A DNA stretch of 62,454 nucleotides, the filler included, from a bacterium (GTDB lineage: Bacteria; UBP15; UBA6099; JAJRTR01), in NCBI GenBank assembly GCA_024278215.1. It is 3 parts of 3 records of this genome, joined end to end, with 100 filler letters (N's around TTAATTAATTAA, not from the genome) between each part and the next. Parts side by side here need not be neighbours in the genome. Positions count along the whole stretch, not along the records: positions 55,241 to 62,454 come from JAJRTR010000151.1; 2 more parts are not named here. One strand, written 5' to 3'. The position numbers were made by a program, and so were the translations under genes. The notes beneath the pieces are model-generated. The model ran no database searches, was not told the DNA's origin, and saw only the letters and a program-made list of their open reading frames with translations. Shown in pieces: positions 56,680-62,454 of the stretch; within the stretch, counting starts at the first letter, position 1; every line of letters starts with the position of its first letter.

Positions 56680-57826
56680 GGCGGTGCTGACGGGCACCCA
56701 TTTCATCAACGGAGACATAGCGTGCGCCGAGGGCGGCCTGGCGGCGGGTTGCCGTTTTTTCGCAGGTTATCCCATAACGCCCGCGACAGAGGTGGCCGAA
56801 CGTATGGCCAGGCGGCTGCCGCAGGTGGGCGGCATATACATACAGATGGAAGACGAGCTTGCGTCTATGGCGGCGATATGCGGCGCGTCATGCTCGGGAG
56901 CGCGTCCGATGACGTCGACTTCAGGCCCGGGCTTTTCGCTTATGATGGAGAACATCGGGCTGGCGGCAATGCTGGAAACTCCCTGCGTGATAGCGAACAT
57001 CCAGCGGGCAGGCCCCTCTACCGGGCTTCCCACGCTGGTCGGGCAGCAGGATGTGATGCAGGCGCGCTGGGGCTCGCATGGCGATTATGAGATTATCGCC
57101 CTGTCGCCCGAGTCGCCGCAAGAAGCTTTTGAACTTACCATCGACGCTTTCAACCTCGCCGAGAAGTACCGTGTCCCCGTCATTCTCCTGAGCGATGAAA
57201 TAATCGGCCACATGACTGAAAAGGTTGTCATACCGCACCCGGACGAGATCGAGATCGTTAAGCGGCGCAGTCCGAACATCGGACCGAAAGATTACGCTCC
57301 TTATTATCCGGACGAAGATGATATTCCGCCGATGTCCACTGCCGGAGACGGCTACCATATTCACGCAACCGGGCTGACGCATAACGAACACGGCTATCCC
57401 GATATTTCCGCCGATGCGCAGGAGCGGCTGGTGCAGAGGCTGGTACGTAAGATAAGGAGCAATGCCGACAGAATAGTACGCACCGAAAACTTATATCTGG
57501 ATGACGCGGAAGTCGTGATGGTGTCCTACGGCTGCTCGGGGCGTACAACCCGAGAAGTTGTAGAAACCGCAAGGGCGGACGGAATGAAGGTCGGCATGGT
57601 GCGCCTGATTACAGTGTGGCCGTTCGCGGAACAACTGATACGGGAACTTGCGGAGCAGAGCAGCGTAGGTGCTTTTGTCGTGGTCGAGATAAATAGCGGA
57701 CAGATAGCTCTCGAGGTGGAACGCTGCGCCGGCGGTAATGCCGAAACTGTGCTCGCGGGACTCATGGGTGGCCGCATGTTTGCTCCGGATGAATTATACA
57801 AAGTGGTGAAGGAGGCCGTTTTGTGA
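56669..57826 (+). CDS. korA: 2-oxoacid:ferredoxin oxidoreductase alpha subunit
   Basis: GYPITPATE, QMEDELA, TSGPGFSLM, QRAGPSTGLPT. Confidence 0.93.
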   Translation: MENRAVLTGTHFINGDIACAEGGLAAGCRFFAGYPITPATEVAERMARRLPQVGGIYIQMEDELASMAAICGASCSGARPMTSTSGPGFSLMMENIGLAAMLETPCVIANIQRAGPSTGLPTLVGQQDVMQARWGSHGDYEIIALSPESPQEAFELTIDAFNLAEKYRVPVILLSDEIIGHMTEKVVIPHPDEIEIVKRRSPNIGPKDYAPYYPDEDDIPPMSTAGDGYHIHATGLTHNEHGYPDISADAQERLVQRLVRKIRSNADRIVRTENLYLDDAEVVMVSYGCSGRTTREVVETARADGMKVGMVRLITVWPFAEQLIRELAEQSSVGAFVVVEINSGQIALEVERCAGGNAETVLAGLMGGRMFAPDELYKVVKEAVL

Positions 57827-58743
57827 AAAATATATTTATCGACGCACCTCCATTAACTCCGGATCAGGCAAAACTCGGCAGAAGCAAAGGCTATGGCGAC
57901 CATCCCCTGGACAAGTACCTTAAGGAAGGCAGAATCCCGCATATATGGTGTTCCGGCTGCGGGATCGGCATAGTGCTCACGGCATTTATCAAGGCGCTGG
58001 AAAAAAGCGGGGCCGACCCCGATAAAACCGTTGTGGTGTCCGGCATCGGCTGCTCGGCTCGTTCAGCCGGATACCTCAATCTCGACACATATCACACGAC
58101 ACACGGCCGCGCGATTCCTTTCGCCACAGGCGTGAAACTCGCCAACCCGGAATTGAACGTAGTGGTTATCAGCGGTGACGGCGACCTGTTCGCTATCGGA
58201 GGCAATCACATCATACACGCCGCTCGGCGCAATATCGACCTGTCAATTATATGCGTCAACAACTTCACTTACGGCATGACAGGAGGGCAGGGCGGCCCTA
58301 CAACACCAGTCGGCGCAATATCAACAACAACGCCCTACGGCGCTTCCGAGTACCCGTTCAATCTCGTATATATGGCAGCGGCAGCCGGGGCGTCCTATGT
58401 AGCGCGCTGGACGGTGCTTCATACACGCGAGCTTCGCGATGCGATGATCGACTCTATGAGCAAACCCGGTTTCAGCTTTATCGAAGCGATTTCCCCATGT
58501 CCGACAGCACATGCGCGGCGCAATAAACTCGGCTCCGGACTCGATATCATGCGTTATTATAAAGAAAAGTCATACCTTGCCGACGAACTCGACCGTGACG
58601 AAACGGCACTTGGGCTGGCGGATAAAATCGCCATCGGCAAATTTGTCGATGTCGAAAAGCCTACATACCTCGACATGTACAACAGCCATGTTGCTGACCG
58701 TGCTGCGCAAGCTGCGAAAAAGAAAAAAAAGAAAAAGAAATAA
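57823..58743 (+). CDS. korB: 2-oxoacid:ferredoxin oxidoreductase beta subunit
   Basis: WCSGCG, SGIGC, HGRA, GDGD TPP motif, YGMTGGQ, SPCPT. Confidence 0.93.
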   Translation: MKNIFIDAPPLTPDQAKLGRSKGYGDHPLDKYLKEGRIPHIWCSGCGIGIVLTAFIKALEKSGADPDKTVVVSGIGCSARSAGYLNLDTYHTTHGRAIPFATGVKLANPELNVVVISGDGDLFAIGGNHIIHAARRNIDLSIICVNNFTYGMTGGQGGPTTPVGAISTTTPYGASEYPFNLVYMAAAAGASYVARWTVLHTRELRDAMIDSMSKPGFSFIEAISPCPTAHARRNKLGSGLDIMRYYKEKSYLADELDRDETALGLADKIAIGKFVDVEKPTYLDMYNSHVADRAAQAAKKKKKKKK

Positions 58744-58761
58744 CAATTAAGAGCAACAAAT

Positions 58762-59340
58762 ATGAGTGAAGAAGCTACTTTAAAAACCGGCAGGAAGCAA
58801 ATAAGGCTCGCGGGGTTCGGCGGACAGGGTATCGTGCTGTCCGGGATGATTCTCGGCAAAGCTATAACGATTTTCGAGGACGGCAACGCGGTCATGACGC
58901 AGAGCTACGGGCCGGAGGCACGCGGTGGCGCGTGCAGCGCGGATGTTGTGATATCCGACGAAAGGATAAATTACCCGCGTGTCACCGTGCCCGATGTTCT
59001 GGTCGTAATGGCAGAGGAAGCGGCGCGCACTTATGGCCCGAATACCGCGGACGATGCGATTGTCCTCGTCAATGAGCGTCTTGTAAAAACGATTCCCGAC
59101 AAACCCGGCCTTACCGTCTATACGATACCGGCCACAGACATAGCGGAAGAGCTGGGGCGCGCCATCGTCGCCAATATAGTAATGCTCGGGTTCATCACAG
59201 CCACCGCCGATGTCGTCAGCTACGAAGCTATGAAGCAGGCGATACTCGACAGCATTCCGGCGGGCACCGAGGAACTGAATCTGGCGGCCTTCCAGGCTGG
59301 TTTCGACCACGGCGCTATCGAGTTGATGAACGAAGAGTGA
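58762..59340 (+). CDS. korC: 2-oxoacid:ferredoxin oxidoreductase gamma subunit
   Basis: AGFGGQG, QSYGPEARGG, ANIVMLG. Confidence 0.92.
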   Translation: MSEEATLKTGRKQIRLAGFGGQGIVLSGMILGKAITIFEDGNAVMTQSYGPEARGGACSADVVISDERINYPRVTVPDVLVVMAEEAARTYGPNTADDAIVLVNERLVKTIPDKPGLTVYTIPATDIAEELGRAIVANIVMLGFITATADVVSYEAMKQAILDSIPAGTEELNLAAFQAGFDHGAIELMNEE

Positions 59341-59347
59341 TGACAGG

Positions 59348-61825
59348 GTGAATGAGAAATTGAAAAAAACAGAAGAAAACGACAACGCAGCCGCCGTAAA
59401 TGAAGAGCCGCGAATCGGTGTTTATGTATGCCATTGCGGTTTGAATATCGGCGGTTCGGTGGATTGCGAGGCGGTCGCGCTGAGCGCGGCAAAACTGGAT
59501 AATGTGGTTATAGCCGACCACCAGCTTTACACTTGTTCCGAGCCCGGCCAGGAACGAATCAAACAGGATATCGCCGAGCATGGCCTGAACAGAATAGTGG
59601 TAGCCGCGTGTTCGCCGCGAATGCACGAGCCGACGTTCAGATCATGTGTGCAGGACGCCGGGCTGAACAAATATATGCTCGAGATGGCCAACATCCGCGA
59701 ACACTGTTCATGGGTGCATCTTCACGATAAGGCGGCAGGCACGGAGAAGTCGAAAGACCTTGTAAGGATGGCGGTCGCGCGTGCGCGCTACCTCGAACCG
59801 CAGGAAGAGATCGATGTGCCCGTAATCAAGAAGGCGCTGGTCATCGGCGGCGGTGTGGCGGGCATACAGGCTGCGCTCGATCTCGCGGATTCGGGCTACG
59901 AGGTGGTTCTGGTCGAGAAAGAGCCCAGTATCGGCGGTCGCATGGCCCAGATAGACAAGACATTCCCTACTATGGACTGCTCGATCTGCATTCTCGCGCC
60001 GAAGATGGCAGAGGTCGGCAGACACCCGAATATCACTCTCATGTCGCTTACCGAGGTTACTAATATCGGCGGTTATATCGGGAATTTCTCGGTGACTCTC
60101 AGGCATAAAGCGAAATATGTGAATGAAGATTGCAGCGCGTGTTCGGATTGCATGAAAGCGTGTCCGCAACATGCGCCTAACGAGTTCGACGTGGGGCTGG
60201 CGACAAGAAAGGCAATATATATCCCGTTCGCGCAGGCGGTGCCGTCTCAATATGTGATAGACATGGACCTGTGCCTTAATAAAAATGGAGTGCGGGTATG
60301 TGAAAAATGTGTCGAAGCCTGTGAAAGAAAGTGTATAAATTTCGAAGACCACGACCGGGAAGAAACATTCGATGTCGGCACGATTATCGTCTGCACCGGT
60401 GTCGATGTGTTCGATGCGGCGCAAATACCGCAGTACCAGTATAAAAAAGCGCCGAATGTCATCACCAGCCTCGAGTTCGAGAGGCTCATAAACGCGGGCG
60501 GGCCGACTCACGGCCAGCTGATACGTCCTTCGGACCACAGGATACCGAAATCTGTCGCTTTTGTGCAGTGTGTCGGTTCGAGGTCCAGAAAAACGAATCC
60601 CTATTGCAGCAATGTCTGCTGCATGAACACGATAAAAGACGCTCTGCTTATAAAAGAGCACTGGCCGGAAACGGAAATAAAAGTTTTTTACATAGACATA
60701 AGAGCGTTCGGCAAAGGATTCGAGGACCTTTTTCAACGCTCGAAGATGGAAGGTGTTCAGTTTATACAGGGGCTGCCCGGAGAGATAGTGCAGCGCAAAA
60801 ACGGCAACCTGCGTATGATCGGCGAGTTGATGATGCTGCACGAACTGTACGACATAGAAGTCGAGATGGTGATCCTGTCTGTCGGCCTGAAACCGAGCAT
60901 CGGAAGCGATGTGGTGCGCAAATACCTGACCCTGTCGCGCACGAGCGGCGGTTTTTTCATGGTAGCTCATCCAAAGTTGAGGCCGGTAGACACGGCAACA
61001 CGCGGCGTATTCCTCGCTGGATGCTCCGAGGGTCCGAAAGATATAAAGGAAGCTGTAACGCAGGCGAGCGCAGCGGCGGCGAGGGCGAATATAATCATGC
61101 ACCGGGGCATGGTGACAGTCGAGGCGATCACGGCGCGCGTGGATGAGAGCATGTGCACCGGCTGCGGGCTCTGCGCGAAAGTATGCCCCTACCAGGCGAT
61201 ACAGATAAACGACAGGAAGAAGGCTGTCGTCATCGACGCCGCATGCAGCGGATGCGGCACATGCAGTGCGGAATGTAAATTCGACGCTATTACCATGCGC
61301 CATTTCACAGACAGGCAGATTCTGGCGCAGATCGACGCGTTTACGGAATTCGAGCCGGAGAAAAAAATACTCGCATTCTGCTGCAACTGGTGCTCGTATG
61401 CAGGGGCGGACTTCGCGGGCATCAGCCGGATGCAGTATGCACCGCAGGTGCGCATAATACGAACAATGTGCTCGGGCAGAGTCGCACAGAACTTCATCGA
61501 ACACGCATTCGCGCGCGGGGTCGGCGTCGTGTTGCTTTCCGGCTGCCATATCGGTGATTGCCACTACATCGACGCTAATACATTCGCGGAGAAACGGTAT
61601 AAAAGAATGCGCAGGCTGATGAAGCAGAACGGGCTGGATAATAACAGGATGCAGCTCGTGTGGGTGAGCGCGGCGGAAGGACAGAAGTTCCAGGAAAAGA
61701 TCAACAGCCTGGTGGAAAAGCTGAAGACGGTCACTCCTGAAGAAATTAAAAACAGTATGAGGTTTTTCAGCGAACGCGAAAAACAGAGAAAAGAGAAAAA
61801 ACAGAAAACGCGCGCCGGAAAATAG
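59348..61825 (+). CDS. hdrA: HdrA-MvhD fusion protein
   Basis: Full HdrA (GVYVCHCG, DKTFPTMDCSICIL, inserted and C-terminal ferredoxins) plus C-terminal MvhD (FCCNWCSY, RTMCSGR, GCHIGDCHY). Confidence 0.93.
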   Translation: MNEKLKKTEENDNAAAVNEEPRIGVYVCHCGLNIGGSVDCEAVALSAAKLDNVVIADHQLYTCSEPGQERIKQDIAEHGLNRIVVAACSPRMHEPTFRSCVQDAGLNKYMLEMANIREHCSWVHLHDKAAGTEKSKDLVRMAVARARYLEPQEEIDVPVIKKALVIGGGVAGIQAALDLADSGYEVVLVEKEPSIGGRMAQIDKTFPTMDCSICILAPKMAEVGRHPNITLMSLTEVTNIGGYIGNFSVTLRHKAKYVNEDCSACSDCMKACPQHAPNEFDVGLATRKAIYIPFAQAVPSQYVIDMDLCLNKNGVRVCEKCVEACERKCINFEDHDREETFDVGTIIVCTGVDVFDAAQIPQYQYKKAPNVITSLEFERLINAGGPTHGQLIRPSDHRIPKSVAFVQCVGSRSRKTNPYCSNVCCMNTIKDALLIKEHWPETEIKVFYIDIRAFGKGFEDLFQRSKMEGVQFIQGLPGEIVQRKNGNLRMIGELMMLHELYDIEVEMVILSVGLKPSIGSDVVRKYLTLSRTSGGFFMVAHPKLRPVDTATRGVFLAGCSEGPKDIKEAVTQASAAAARANIIMHRGMVTVEAITARVDESMCTGCGLCAKVCPYQAIQINDRKKAVVIDAACSGCGTCSAECKFDAITMRHFTDRQILAQIDAFTEFEPEKKILAFCCNWCSYAGADFAGISRMQYAPQVRIIRTMCSGRVAQNFIEHAFARGVGVVLLSGCHIGDCHYIDANTFAEKRYKRMRRLMKQNGLDNNRMQLVWVSAAEGQKFQEKINSLVEKLKTVTPEEIKNSMRFFSEREKQRKEKKQKTRAGK

Positions 61826-61868
61826 ACTTTGCATAATATGCTGAACTGCGGGACAGGAGAAATTATAG

Positions 61869-62336
61869 TTGGGTAAAGCGCTGGACCTATATGACGAGCA
61901 GGAATTCAATGCGTGCCTGCAATGCGCCATCTGCACGGGGAGTTGTCCGACCGCGCGTGTGATCGAGGGCTACAATCCGCGTGAAATCATACTCAGATAC
62001 ATCATGTACGGTGAGCAGGAGGAAGTGCTGAATAGCACCATGATATGGCATTGCACGACATGTCACACCTGCCAGGAGCGCTGCCCGCACAGTATACGTA
62101 TATGCGGGCTGCTCACACACATAATGAACCTCGCCGCAAAGCGCGGCAATGTGCCGGAAACTCTAAAGTCCGGAATAAAGTTGATGATAGAAACAGGCTG
62201 GTCCATTCAGGCCACACAGCGGTCAGACAGAATAAGAGAGGAACTTGGACTCAACCGTCTCGAAAAGCCGAATACTGATGAGATTCGACGGATATTCAGC
62301 GAAGCGGGACTCGATACCATACTGGAACTGGAATGA
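61869..62336 (+). CDS. hdrC: Heterodisulfide reductase subunit C
   Basis: CLQCAICTGSCP and WHCTTCHTCQERCP. Confidence 0.9.
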   Translation: MGKALDLYDEQEFNACLQCAICTGSCPTARVIEGYNPREIILRYIMYGEQEEVLNSTMIWHCTTCHTCQERCPHSIRICGLLTHIMNLAAKRGNVPETLKSGIKLMIETGWSIQATQRSDRIREELGLNRLEKPNTDEIRRIFSEAGLDTILELE

Positions 62337-62454
62337 AAATATCGCTTTTTACAGGTTGCGTTATTCCGATAAAGTATCCCGGCATTGAAGTTGCCATGCG
62401 ACACCTTGCCGAAATACTCGATATCGAGATGGTGGATGTTAACTTCGGCTGTTG
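62333..62454 (+). CDS. hdrB: Heterodisulfide reductase subunit B, N-terminal fragment at window edge (not in the ORF track)
   Basis: ATG overlaps the hdrC stop (ATGA); translates MKISLFTGCVIPIKYPGIEVAMRHLAEILDIEMVDVNFGC, the typical HdrB start. Confidence 0.82.
   Translation, partial: MKISLFTGCVIPIKYPGIEVAMRHLAEILDIEMVDVNFGC

Noticed and set aside
10510-61825. Genome-wide TAG reassignment
   Set aside because: TAG ends several full-length conserved genes (fdhD, tauE, the sigma54 activator, hdrA-mvhD) at the expected positions.
52419-61825. Selenocysteine in HdrA/MvhD
   Set aside because: The frames are open with Cys codons at the usual positions; no in-frame TGA seen.
59708-61936. Long antisense ORFs (742 aa here; also 6282-7820, 52380-53747, 2044-3144)
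   Set aside because: They are shadows of well-supported genes on the opposite strand, with no recognisable motifs.

Overview
About 62 kb from a diderm, probably anaerobic bacterium (lipid A genes, heterodisulfide-reductase-like clusters, 2-oxoacid:ferredoxin oxidoreductase). I cannot name the taxon from sequence alone. Two N44-TTAATTAATTAA-N44 linkers (26405-26504, 55141-55240) are artificial joins, so this is three segments and synteny across the joins is unproven. Segment 1 holds two Cys-rich surface proteins, two PhnD-like binding proteins, a FadH-like reductase with an ADP-forming acyl-CoA ligase, fdhD, a FecR protein and an acyl-CoA dehydrogenase. It also holds the most notable locus, a minus-strand sulfur-relay operon: CysO/MoaD-like ubiquitin-fold carrier, MoeB/ThiF, DUF169 (split by an in-frame TAG), an archaeal-type Sep-tRNA:Cys-tRNA synthase (SepCysS) homologue with no SepRS in the window, TusA and a ThrC-like PLP enzyme. 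Segment 2 holds an ArsR/permease/FmdE/TauE cluster, rnd, polA, kdsB-msbA-lpxB-gnnA-like-lpxA, and a DsrE/HdrA-HdrA-wHTH-HdrC-CCG cluster beside a sigma54 activator. Segment 3 holds korDABC contiguous with an HdrA-MvhD fusion, hdrC and hdrB. Intergenic regions carry at least five families of short non-autonomous repeats (MITE/REP-like), often combined into mosaics, with no transposase in the window. I found no rRNA, tRNA or CRISPR array. All protein calls are motif recognition by eye, not database hits.
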